From Octopus sinensis (taxonomy: Eukaryota): DNA of 64,000 nucleotides. Below are positions 12,371 through 25,979 of this stretch, in pieces; within the stretch, counting starts at the first letter, position 1; each line of letters starts with the position of its first letter. The notes beneath the pieces were generated by a model. That model saw only the letters and a program-made list of their open reading frames with translations, searched no databases and was not told the DNA's origin. The stretch lies in assembly GCF_006345805.1 (NCBI RefSeq), contig NC_043000.1:98828001-98892000 (forward strand). The letters run 5' to 3'. The translations under genes and the position numbers were made by a program.

Positions 12371-14166
12371 GAAATAAATTGAAACTTACCTAGCTTAATG
12401 AATTTAGGATTTATAATCCCAATATTAGCATTAAACTGCGAGTTTAAGCCATGTGAACATACAGGCAACACTGAAAGACATTTTGGAGTGAAGCATTGCC
12501 GATTAAATAAGCTGGGCGCGCAAACTAATTGCATTTGCTTTTCGTTTATTTCTGAGTAGCAGTCTATTATAGTCAAAAATGGTTATCACAGTCCAGTGAC
12601 TGAGCCATCTAAACAATTATTTTGTAATATACTTGTGTCATTGGACACAAATATAGGTGACATTTCTATAATAAACCTCAAACGTTTAATAAAAGACTGT
12701 AAATATTTATATCAAAGATATTTAGATTTTTCTTAAGGCGCAATTATTTCTCACAAGCTCTCTATCAGTATCGTCACAAAGCCACAATATGGTAAATGTT
12801 CTCTCCCTCTCTTTCTCTTTCTTTCTCTCTCTCTATGTATATATATATATATACACACACACGCACACACACACACTCACACATATCCACCCCACCCTTA
12901 TGATTATGGCCTTTCTGACTTGCATTATTCTTTGACAACCGTGTGTACAATTGTATGTGTACATTTTTCTCTACCTCGTATGTATTCACATCCCCCACAT
13001 TTCTCTATTCCCCCTTTCCCCTTGCCGTCCGATCCTATACTTACATATACATATATATAATTCTTTATTTTCGTTGCATCCCTAATAATCATATACTTCT
13101 CCATTATGTTACAAAAATTGCTATGCCCTACGCTACCACCTAAACGTTAAACCATATTATATGCTGTCTTCTATTCGTCAGTCTCTGTTGTTATAGAATG
13201 CTTGTGTTTCCTTTTCTCTCTCTGGATTCACATTTGTGTATTTTCTCTCAGTAATTTTACTTTGTGGTTCAGCCCTCCTTTTGTCTCTGTCTCTCCTTCT
13301 TACTATTTCTTTCCATGTACAGAGTATATTCCTCTATTACGATTATCAACTGTTATACTTCTAAAGTATATACTAATTCTTTAATGAAACCATATACATT
13401 TTAGAATCTGAATATTTGTAAGTCACATTTTGATCAAATATATATCATATCAATATCAGTTGGTAAAGAGCTATGAATTATTTAGCAGCATTGGACAGTA
13501 GTAACACGAAACTCAGAAAAGTGTTAGTTTAAAATCTCAAATTTAATATCTCTTATTAGACTAAAAATTCTTCGAGGAAGTGCCCCAGGGTAGTCAGTCT
13601 AATGACTGAAACAAATAAAAGAAGTTAAAAAAACAGAATATTCATGCACAGTCATACATCCATACTGTCACATACAAATGTGCAGCGAACTGACATACAT
13701 ATATATCGGTCACGGCCTCTCAGCGAGCGTGCACTTACTTATAGCACATCAGCATATTTGAAAAGTAATGGTAGATCCATACGTATTATGTATGTTATGT
13801 AGGTATATCTCGGTCGACGTTTGTAGAAGATGCATATTGATTTCACAGAAATGGGCATGGACATACAATCTGGTAAAATATTTTGGATTATGTGTCTACT
13901 TGATCAGTTAGTATTCAGGCCGGTGGATGCAACTAGTAATTCCATATCATGTAGTTCCTAGTATTGCTACAATTCCGTACTCCATGAAAACCTTGTCAAC
14001 ATTCACAGGTGGATGAGATTACTCAATGTTCAGCTATGAGTATATAGACGGGATTGTTCATGTAGATGGTGCTATGAAATCGTATTTGATTGTATTAGAT
14101 GTACGAGTAACATGAGAATCCCTTCGCTATGCCAACATGTCGGCTCCAAGGCTGCTATGCCGCCAT

Positions 14167-14315
14167 GTTGACTGTAAGGCCGTGTCGACTGTAAGGCCGT
14201 GTCGACTGTAAGGCCGCGTCGACTGTAAAGCCGTGTCGACTGTAAGGCCGTGTCGACTGTAAGGCCGTGTCGACTGTAAGGCCTTGTCGACTGTAAGGCC
14301 GTGTCGGCTGTAAGG
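14167..14315. repeat. 17-bp GC-rich minisatellite, ~8.8 copies
   Basis: Unit GTCGACTGTAAGGCCGT, head-to-tail with no spacers and single substitutions. Confidence 0.95.
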
Positions 14316-15859
14316 TGTAACTCCCCTGTTGTTCTGGTTTTACTCCGCCCTGTAACTTCAGATCGTTTCTAACCTCCTGTGTGTGCAATAAATCTTTATT
14401 ACGTTGTTTGTTAGGAGGGTGTTTAGTATTAGCTATCTAAATCTTCTTGATTCAAAATTCACAGAAATTCTTACCTCCCTGGTAAGATATCGCGTGTCCC
14501 AGCACCAACTAATTCAGTTTATTGCTAAGCTTACAATCATTTAATTTATGGAGATACTCAGCTAATGAGGTAATATGCTTAAGTCATTGGTTGGAGAAGG
14601 AATGCTTATGCATAGAAATGCGTTCTTTTACAGGTTTAACAGTAGTTATTAAGTAAACTTTTTTTATTAATATATGTAACTAGCTTGGCTACTTCCCTCC
14701 CGCAAAATTTCAGACATTGTTTCTATAGTAGAGAGAATTATATTCGCCCCTCGGAGCGTATGTTAGATGTCTCTCACTCAAGGTTCTTTGTAGTTGTATG
14801 GATCGAAACCACGGTAATGTGGTTGCGAAGTAAACGTCTCACCGACATGGACATACTGGCGTCCCAGACTTTATTTTAATGACTCTAGAAGGATGAGCGT
14901 ATAAGTTCATCGCTGCAGCATTAGAATACAGATATTGAACAATCATAATTACATGTCATTCGCCTGTCGTGTTAAGGATTCTTTACATCACAAACTATGA
15001 ATATTGAAAATATTTCTATATCTTCAATGGTAACCATTGTACAGTACGTTCCAAATAATCATATTAGTCTCCATTCCAGAAACTATTATTCTTACTGTTC
15101 GCAGCTGGCAGACTTTGTAAGTAAAGTTATATTTGTAACGATTTCATTCGTTATATTTCTACATAGAGAACCATAATGCATGCTATTATGTTTTTTTTTA
15201 TTTATACAACGTTATGTTAAATTTACGACAATATATAAAGTACTTGTCCATTGAGAGCAGTGGATGTACTCGGTAAAAATACTCCAACACTGGCCGCAGT
15301 GCAATGACTTAAACAAAGTAAAAAAAAGAATGAATATATATATATATATATATATATGACACAATTACTATAAGTACCTGAGACACAAATTCTGCAAGCT
15401 TTGCTTTTCATAACATGTCTAAATGTAATGATAATAAACGTTTCCTTCCTACACAAATGTATCGCCGCTCAATAACAGTTTGTTGTGGATAAACGTATAA
15501 TTATTATTTTTTTCTTTTCACCAGAAGTGGCATTGGTTATATGTTTCTAATGAACCGATTTCATGACAAGGTAGACAAGGGAAAGTTTGTGCGACTGGGG
15601 AGGAACAAATAACAGAATACACTTTTGGAGATGTATTTGTGTGTGTGTGTGTGTGTGAAGAAAAATGTGTGGCCATTACTTGTTAAAGAGCTGCATATCT
15701 ATCATTCTTCTGAAAGCATCGGACACTTTGGAGGCCTTGATCATTTGCGTTTCATTATGCTGAGGTAGGGTTGTGTAGATGTCTAGAATTCTGAAAGATT
15801 GCTTGTCTTTTATTGAGTTTCCAAGGGAAAACAACATTTTCATTGATTTACAGACATCC

Positions 15860-16260
15860 TTGAATATTTTTATGGGTCGGTCAAAGGAAGAAGGGGAAGG
15901 TAAATGAACTTTTCAGTACTTCCGGTATCGGTGACAGGTAACGAGCAATCCATCAGATTTCTCTTGCAGTTTTTAGTCTGCTGTATACGCCAGCAACATG
16001 GAAGGTCATTTTTTTCATCTTGCCCAGTCTTAGGGGTTTCGTCATACATTAACGTTGAAGAAATTTGAAGCAAATCATGCTTCAAAATCTTATGGCTCAC
16101 TGAAGAGACTAAGGAATTTCTTTCATCCTTATTTCCCCCGAATCAACTGGAATTTTTTTGCAGTTCATTATATTATGCTGGCATTTCATTGAAAGAGTTC
16201 GAGCTGTAATTGAACGTGGAAATACTTCATTGCCACATAAACTCTTCATGATACTTCGAC
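15860..16260 (-). mobile_element. Possible decayed hAT transposase fragment
   Basis: Translates STLMYDETPKTGQDEK...PVTDTGS, weakly resembling xxxMxDETxDxSxxEQ...FxxVxDT. Confidence 0.3.
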
Positions 16261-17127
16261 TGGTTAACTAGCAGAAGATAAAAAAGTATCCGGATATAAT
16301 TTCGTCCGAAAGCTGTTGTGTTTTATTTAATGCTTGTTGGTTCTGTCATACTAAAGCAAATTAATAGAACGGCAATTTAGAACGACGGTTATTTACTAAT
16401 TATGTTAAAGCTAAAATACGAGTTAAAAAAACAATACGAAAGATGTTTTGGAGAATTTAGAAGTAAAATTTTTATGACCAAGTGAATATATGAATATCAA
16501 TTATCATGAAAAAATATGAACAAAGTCAACTATAAAGAATTTTATAGAGAAAGCTTAGAATACTCTCAAAGCACTTGACAATAGTGTCTTAAGTTCCATT
16601 GAAGAATGAGAAGCATTGAAAAAGTTGATTGTATTTCAACAAGTTTTCGTTAAATTGCTAAAATATGAGAAGACAGTAAGCCCAGAGGTTGTTTTAAACA
16701 TTTCAAACTAGAATTATGAGAAAATAACACGACAAAATGTAACGCTATTTTTTTTTTAAGAAATCTATTGTAGAATCACGCATATTAAAAAACGCTACAT
16801 GCATTTCAGCAGTTTTATATGAACTTCTAAAGTACGAAGAGAAACATCAATAATGAAAAGTCAAGGCTTGCGTGTGACTAAATGCAAATTCAGATAATTA
16901 TTGAAAAACAACACTAGAAAATGAAATGCTTCTCTCAAATAGCGTAGAAAATATTTTCATTTTCTTTGAATAATGACATTATGAATCACACGGGTCAGAA
17001 TAGTTTGAAAATTATGACCATATGCTTCTTGAGGAATATCGAAGAGAATTGCTTTTTATAAAGGTCACTTTTAAAAGAAGACCCTTTAGTGTTAATGAAG
17101 TTCAGAATCGACTCAGGACAGCCGCAG

Positions 17128-17295
17128 TAAGGACGAACACAAAACAACAACAATAACAAAGATAATTATGAAAATTCTTTCTAAATTTGGGACAAGGCCA
17201 GCAATTTTAGGAGACGGGGAGGTTATTTTATCGACCATGAAAGAATAAAAAGCAAAGATGATGTCGTCGGGATGATGATGATAAAAATGATGATG

Positions 17296-17337
<42 letters not shown>

Positions 17338-17560
17338 TAATATAATAATAATAATTATTATTATTATTATTATTATTATTATCATCATCATTTTTATCAT
17401 CATCATCCCGACGACATCATCTTTGCTTTTTATTCTTTCATGGTCGATAAAATAATATCAACTAACCTCCCCGTCTCCTAAAATTGCTGGCCTTGTCCCA
17501 AATTTAGAAAGAATTTTCATAATTATCTTTGTTATTGTTGTTGTTTTGTGTTCGTCCTTA
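17128..17560. repeat. Near-perfect inverted duplication (unique flank + SINE-B 3' part + GAT/AAT microsatellite)
   Basis: taaggacgaacac... at 17128 mirrors ...gtgttcgtcctta at 17560. The centre is the (AAT)n to (ATT)n switch. The arms differ by one 10-nt indel. Confidence 0.95.
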
Positions 17561-17609
17561 ATGATGATGATAATAATAATAATAATAATAATAATCATAA
17601 TAATAATAA

Positions 17610-18165
17610 ATGCCCTGATGCAGTACCAGGCATTGGCTCTCATGGCTTCTGATCTTAACTGATTGGAAGTGTTATCATGTACATTGTTTTGTCTTGGTAT
17701 AAAAGATGGGCTACAGCAAATATTCTGCTCAATACCACAGATTTGCTTGTCAGTTGTTTGACCATAACCAGTTGAGCATGTCCCTTAGTGGCTGACGATA
17801 TGTGCATCTCTGATCACGAGCAGAAGTAGTGGGGGAGCATCATAGCCATGTGTTGAGAGGGATTCTTTGGGGTTTGAATAGTTCACCTCTGGAAACATGG
17901 GTGGTTCTTTCAACATCCTTAAACAACCCTTATTCAGGGACCGTTTAAGCGGGATGGGCTACTCAACCTGAAGAAAATTCTAACTGGGCCCCACCTGCAA
18001 GGTCATGTGCTGTTTATCTTGATATGAGATCACCATGTCGCGCACATATGGTTGTGATGCATGTGCCTGGTGTACCTTTATCAGACGGGTAGTCATGATG
18101 GGTATATTGGGCTTCGTATATTTTACCCCAGTGTCACTTTGATGGCATGAACTGCTCTCTCACTC
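17610..18165. mobile_element. ~555-bp interspersed element inserted in (TAA)n, copy 1
   Basis: Flanked on both sides by (TAA)n. A diverged second copy lies at 18479-19028. Confidence 0.8.
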
Positions 18166-18213
<48 letters not shown>

Positions 18214-18232
18214 TAATAATAATAATAATAAT

Positions 18233-18368
18233 AGTACAACACTATGTACAAAACCAAGTATATGGCACCCTAGGCATAACACCAACAGGAACTTCCAACC
18301 TGTTGTCTCTTGAGGTCTCTGGGTGAGACATGGAGCTAGCTTGAGCAAATGTAAAACAAAAGTCAAAC

Positions 18369-18370
<2 letters not shown>
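18233..18370 (+). mobile_element. 5'-truncated 3' end of a (TAA)n-targeting non-LTR element, probably R4/Dong-like
   Basis: ...gaggtctctgggtgagac...caaaagtcaaacat embedded in (TAA)n. Dong/R4 elements are known to target TAA repeats. Family assignment is from memory. Confidence 0.5.
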
Positions 18371-18418
<48 letters not shown>

Positions 18419-18478
18419 TAATAATAATAATAATAATATAATAATAATATAATGAAGATGATGATGATGATAAATAAT

Positions 18479-19028
18479 CTGATGCAACACCAGGTAGAGG
18501 CTCTCATAGCTTTTGATTTTAACTGATTGGAAGTGTTAACGTGTACATGTTTTGCCATAGTGTAGAACCTGAGCTACAACAAGTATTCTGCTCAATATCA
18601 CATATTTGCTTGTCAGTTGCTTCACCTTAACCAATTGAGCTTGTCTCTTAGTGGCTAACGATATGTGCATCTTTAATTCCGAGCAGAAGCTGTGGAGGAT
18701 CACTACAACCATGTGTTGAGAAGAATTCTTTAGAATTTGAATAATTCAGCTCTGAAAACTTGGGTGTTTCATCAATCATTCTTAAACAACCCTTAATTAG
18801 GGATCTTTTGAATGAAATGGGCTACTCAACCTGAAGAAAATTTAAACTTGCTCCACCTCCCAGATCATATGCTGTTTATCTTGATATGAGGCCACCATAT
18901 CGCGGACATATGGTCGGGAAACATGTGCATGGTGTACCCTTGTTAGACGGGTAGTTATGATGGGTATAATGGGATCCGTGTATTTGTACCCCAGTGTCAC
19001 TTTGATAGCATGCATTGCCCTCTTACTC
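18479..19028. mobile_element. ~550-bp interspersed element inserted in (TAA)n, copy 2 (more diverged)
   Basis: Colinear with 17610-18165. Confidence 0.8.
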
Positions 19029-19041
19029 AATAATAATAATA

Positions 19042-19137
<96 letters not shown>

Positions 19138-19334
19138 GATGATGATGATGATGATGATGATAAAAACCCTTTCTAGGATGATGGCAAAGTTGACCTTGGC
19201 CGTATAATAGTAATATAATACATTAAGATAATGATCTACACATGAATTCTATGAATCTGTAGAGTATGACACTTCATTGAAGTTTCTGTTGTTTAAAACG
19301 ACAATTAACTAAAATAATCTTAACATGCCCATTG

Positions 19335-19900
19335 TTTTACTCTACTGCTAGGAGGTCCCAACCCATATATTTTAACCCTTCTTTAGTATAGCTTTGTGAA
19401 TTGAAATTTCTCTGCAACGGACCAGCCAGTTGATTTCCATCGACACCCAGAGTTTTTCCAAGAACGTCATCGAATTTGCTCTCCACTAACCTTATATAAA
19501 ACGCCATGGTATCAATTCCACCGACTACCCTACCAGACTGATAAAGGGATGTTAGTGCTTGACGACATTCCAGATACCAATTACCCTGAATTGGTTTGTC
19601 CTTGATCCAGCATTGCAGGTCTGTCAAAGAGACAAACAGTGGAACAATCTATTTGACAAAGGGCGATCACACCGGTTCACCGTCAGGAATTGCTGGAGAT
19701 ATGGCAATTCCAGCATATGTCAGCGCATCATCGGCCACGGCATGTCTATTTTCCCCTGTACGATCATTGAAGGTGGAGCATCAAACTAATAGAGCATGAA
19801 CTTTCCACAAATATCAGGAGACTGAGCGTTGTCTTCAGACTGTCGCGACTGCTCAGAGAGTAATATAAGACGGAGACGACCCCGACTTTTAAACTCTCAG
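19335..19900 (-). mobile_element. RTE LINE 5' region with start of AP-endonuclease, decayed
   Basis: Frameshifted translation RVIGIWNV / SLYQSGR / LWVSMEINW matches the RTE endonuclease pattern IGTWNVRSLYQxG...LGxSExxW. Confidence 0.55.
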
Positions 19901-21015
19901 CCCATTTCTCAGTGACATAGCACATGCTGCTCTCCATCCTGTTCCAGTTCTTTTCTACTACACGGTTGCTCTGACTACAAGTCCTTCAGTCACCAGGCGC
20001 ATGCTCACAGTATGCCACTCTCATCCACCTTTCAACAAACTTGCTGGGAAGACACATTTTCTTCTCCGCCCCGCTATTTTCCATTTCAAATTTTATTCAC
20101 AGCAACTTTGTTCTTCATCTACGTCCATTGAACATTGATAACGTAGGCATCCATTGAACACCTCTGGAAAAAATCACGTCCATGCAATTGTATCAGATGT
20201 GTGTGTATGTGCGTGTACATCTCTATGTGTGTGTGAGCGCGCGCGCGTGCGTATGTGTGAAGGTTGTGGAGTCGGTAAAATGAAATGGGGAGTAAAATGC
20301 CTGCTGGTGTTGTTTAGTAACATTCATATACGCTCTCACTTCAAATCCGATCGTGGTCGTGACTTTACTTCTCCATACGAATATAGACACTCATAACTTA
20401 CAGCTAAGTACAAGTCTTTAAAATCGATTACGTTCTTCCCACAAAACGCGTGACCTTTTACCACAATGATAAGTGGATACAAGCACTGCGATATAATGTT
20501 TATTACATATTTATGTGCTGCACTCTTAGCGACATGCTTGCTTCTGAAGCTTTATATCAGTTATTACTGTTATCATATAAAGAGGTTTCGGCGATAAAAT
20601 ATCTGTAGTGTTGCGTAAGACAGTACACAAAAAGACGTATTGCGAGAATGCGTGATAAGCATGTACAACAGGAAATGGCGATATTAAGAAAAGTTATATC
20701 TCATGAATACCATTCGGAAAAGTTGTCACAAAGACATTTATATGTTTATGGTCTCTTTATTGTTTTATTGTTTTAAATCTGTTATTAATGTTGTTCTTCT
20801 TCTTCTTGCTGTTTATTGAGATTATATAGCATTGCAATCAAATCATAATGCTATTCTATATAGTTTTCATCAGGTTCACATGGAGCAGCGTAATCCAGGC
20901 GGAAACATTTTCCGAATGGAATGCAAATTACTTTGTTGAACTTGCCTGAGGCACTAAGCCCTCACTGTTACATTCTACTCGGTTGTCTAGAACATTCAGT
21001 CCATTCGAAATGAAT

Positions 21016-21016
<1 letters not shown>

Positions 21017-21054
<38 letters not shown>

Positions 21055-21061
21055 TACACAC

Positions 21062-21104
<43 letters not shown>

Positions 21105-21111
21105 TACACAC

Positions 21112-21143
<32 letters not shown>

Positions 21144-21212
21144 ACATATACACACACACACAAACACACGCGCATGTACATATAAATATATACATATACA
21201 TACATACATACA

Positions 21213-21272
<60 letters not shown>

Positions 21273-21344
21273 ATATATGTGTATATGGTATGAGCATGCG
21301 TGCGTGTGGCATATATATATATATACATGTGTGTATGTGTATAC

Positions 21345-21389
<45 letters not shown>

Positions 21390-21480
21390 TATATATATAT
21401 GTGTGTATATATTTATATACATATATATATAAAAACACACACAAATACATACACACACATATACTCACACACGCATATGT
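21017..21480. repeat. Compound CA/TACA/TA microsatellite
   Basis: Direct simple repeats. Confidence 0.95.
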
Positions 21481-21661
21481 ATACAGATTCAGCGTACACG
21501 TGTCTATCTGACTGTATGTATGCACGTATAAGAAGTAAAATGGCACGGGCGCATGTCACACTTGTTTACACTGCCTGCCTCTACAGGTTTTTCTGCAGCC
21601 ATTTTCATCATGACCATCATCTGGCTGAAAGTCTGAAATGGACATTCAACATATTATCTAA

Positions 21662-21915
<254 letters not shown>

Positions 21916-22444
21916 TCACGCATGTACACTCACACAAGCGAAAGGAAATTAAATGCAAATGCCTACGGGAAAAATATTGAGACCCTGATCTTAAACCAGG
22001 TTATTTACATCAAGCTGCTGAAGAATAAAGCTTCTAAGTTTCTACTGAACAGTGTGAGTCTGAGGCATATCACATACGCCTTCGGCGAAGGACCCAATAT
22101 TCTGTCATTAATTCTCATCCCGCTTCATTGTGCATATGATATTTATATTTATACTTAAAGACGTATATTCAACTACTGAACGGGGAGCTTCTACATGGAC
22201 TGTTGACCTTCTAGAAAGAGTAAATAAATATTTACAATTGCTTTCTTCCTTTCCTTCTTTATCTTCTTTCTCACTTTTCTTATCTATGTCTGTTTCCTTT
22301 TCTCCCTCTGTTTCTTTCTATCCTTTTTTCTACTCTTCCAATCTCTGTCTCTGTTCTAATATATATCTCTCTCTCCCTCTCCTTCTCTCTCTGCTCTCTC
22401 TTATCCCCTCTCTCTCTATTTTTCATCCGATATCATTAAATTCA

Positions 22445-22448
22445 TTAC

Positions 22449-22517
<69 letters not shown>

Positions 22518-22565
22518 CATTAGTAGTAGTAGTAGTAGTAGTAGTATGATGATGGTGATGATGGT
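22445..22565. repeat. (TAT)n/(TAG)n/(GAT)n microsatellite
   Basis: Direct trinucleotide runs. Confidence 0.95.
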
Positions 22566-22849
22566 GAGCAACATCAAAGACTACCCTGAAACATTTCTCC
22601 GGCCTTGTGTCTCACTCTGCTCTCTTTTGCTCAGCATTCGCCCATCTTCCCCCTTCCCCCATATTTCTATATCTGTTTACGCAAGCACAAGGACGAACAG
22701 ACGGATCTATAATAAAGATCTTTAAAAATGCCCTAGTAAATGTTATATTCATGTTTATGACAAGGTCTTGTCTCTATTTCAATCTGTGTTGCAATCTATT
22801 TTCTGTAATGCTATACTGTCGTTGATGTATGGTAATACCAGCGATGGCG

Positions 22850-23018
22850 GTGACGGCGACGGCGACAACGACGACGACGATGATGATGATGATGATGATG
22901 ATGATGACAACGACGACGATTACATAGACAATGGTCATGAAGTTAATGAAGGTTTTGATGACAACGTGGATGAGGATGATTACGATGATAATGATGAAGG
23001 TGATTCTGATTCTGATTC

Positions 23019-23068
<50 letters not shown>

Positions 23069-23200
23069 CTGATGATGATGATGATAATGACGCTGATGAT
23101 GATGGTGATGGTGGTGATGAAGAAGATGATGATGATGATGAGAATGATGGTGGTGGTGGTGGTGATGATGATGATGCTGATGATGGTGATGATGATGATG
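22850..23200. repeat. Degenerate (GAT/GAC/GGT)n trinucleotide tract
   Basis: Compound trinucleotide repeat that gives spurious poly-Asp and poly-Met ORFs. Confidence 0.9.
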
Positions 23201-23339
23201 ATTTTAGTATTTATTTACTTCTTCAACAGTAATGATGCCAGTTCCTTTATTTTGTTTTCCACAATTACAAGTTACATATATGATTACAAAGTACAGCTGC
23301 ACTAATTAAAATAAATCAGTCAGCCCATTCCGCATATGT

Positions 23340-23800
23340 TTACGCGTATGGCGGCAGCTCCCTTCCCGTTCTCTTGATCTATTGCGTGTTCTATGTTATC
23401 CTTGTATCTCTTGTCAACCTCTAGATTCTTTCCTGAAAAAAGTACGGCTCCAAGTGGCCTGTTGTCTTTCCCACCTTCTCCTTCCTCCTATTCGTGTTCA
23501 TCTCAACGCTATTTGCACGAACCGATGATCAAGCAGCCGAACAACGTGACCATCCAGTTACATTCATACATACTTTGTTCTGTTACCATATTATGGAGCT
23601 TTGCAAAGATAATCTTCTAAAGACGTCTTCGTTTCCCATATGCTTCAACGTACAATCTCTGGATTTTCCCCAAGCAATTTGATGAGAATCATCCAAGAGT
23701 TTTCGGCAATTTCACAGTTTACCTTAAAACGTTTCGCTTGTATATAGCCGTTAGCAGTTCAGGCAGAGTTTGATGTCGGTGTCAATATGTTCTTATCTGA
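23340..23800 (-). mobile_element. RTE LINE RT C-terminal remnant
   Basis: Translates LDGHVVRLLDHRFVQIALR*TRIGGRRRWERQQATWSRTF (cf. WxGHVxRM.D.R.PK.AL.W...GxRxRGRPxxTW). Confidence 0.65.
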
Positions 23801-23929
23801 TTTTTCACGTTTACTGGAAAGCTTATGTTTTCGACAATTTGTCTTATCCGTTCTATAACCGATTTCTATGGACTTCGTCATTTCTGCGTTCATTATCAGT
23901 ACGGCTTTTTATTAAATATTCGCATTTAT

Positions 23930-24070
23930 TCTTTTATAAACAATAAATACACTTCTTGGAAAACATTTTAAATTTGTTTTCAAAATGATGTCCTTCAAAT
24001 CGCCACCATTTTGTTCTTGACAAAGACAGGCTCATTCTAAATAATCTAGTGACTTCTAGGTCACCCTGTA
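23930..24070 (-). mobile_element. Tc1/mariner-type terminal fragment
   Basis: TA-CAGGGTG terminus on the minus strand with aaaatggtggcgatttgaagg subterminal sequence. Confidence 0.4.
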
Positions 24071-24254
24071 TATACATACATGCATACATACATACACACA
24101 CACACATACACACACACACACACATATATATATATGTATATATGTATGTGTGTGGTGTGTGTGTATGTGTGTGTGTGTTAGGTTTTAGATAATAAAAAGA
24201 ATGGTTTATACCTGGTAGCTTACTTGTAAAGCAAGGTCACTTTTGTAGTGTTCG

Positions 24255-25174
<920 letters not shown>

Positions 25175-25979
25175 TACATGCATGCATATATTCATTCACA
25201 TACTCCAACCCATAAATGTATATATACATATGTATATTCATACTTGCATGATATATATATATTTATTTATATAGCTATGTGTATAGTTATATTTCTTAGG
25301 AAGAGAGATCCAGCCATATGTTTTCGTCTATGAATTTTCTTTTTCCTTTTGCATTCGTCCCAGTTATGTTAAATGCCTGATGGAGAATGTAGTTATTTCT
25401 TGTTTACAGCAGCTCCCAAAGATAAGTGTTTCCTGACATACACAGTGACTGATACGCTATTACAGATGTCGTTTTAATCGACGGTCTCTGAAAGCTAGAA
25501 ACTGAATGTCACCGTTGTTGTCTTGACAACAGATAACTGTCATTGCCACTTATGTTTCTAACGACTATACCATTTCCTTACTCTCTTTCTATTCATACAA
25601 CTGCCCCCACAATCTGTACTCACACATCAAACGCCGCACAAATACTCTTCTCTTCTATCTTCCATCCACCTCTCCACTACACCCTGCCAACTCGTCCATA
25701 CTGAACATTTGTCAATATGTTCCCACGTCACCCTTCAGCCCATTCATCTTATACTGCTTGCCGTTTACCGTACAAGAATAACAAACCACAAACAACGTTT
25801 CTATGTTTTAAATGCATACCCCACAAATGTTTACACACACTCACGGACATATATATATAGTTTTTGTATAGCTTGTGGTAGAGAAAACTAAAAGTACTTA
25901 ATGTAACTTTATGTTGGTAGTGTGTAGAATTCTATTCCTATATATGTTAATTTATGTGAAATACCTGAGTACACACCTG

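Noticed and set aside
13741-13880. Minus-strand exon candidate with GTAAGT donor
   Set aside because: All frames hit a stop at or before the donor and the peptide is unrecognisable
14167-14315. Possible CRISPR array
   Set aside because: Repeats are contiguous with no spacers, the context is eukaryotic, and there are no cas genes
15105-15116. Plus-strand 12-nt microexon candidate (cgcAG|ctggcagacttt|GTAAGT); similar 6-nt candidate at 51845-51850
   Set aside because: Such short matches are expected by chance in 64 kb and have no supported partner exons
22768-23305. 154-aa poly-Asp and 124-aa poly-Met ORFs
   Set aside because: Translations of a compound (GAT/GAC/GGT)n tract; no splice or domain evidence. 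An acidic-protein exon cannot be fully excluded.
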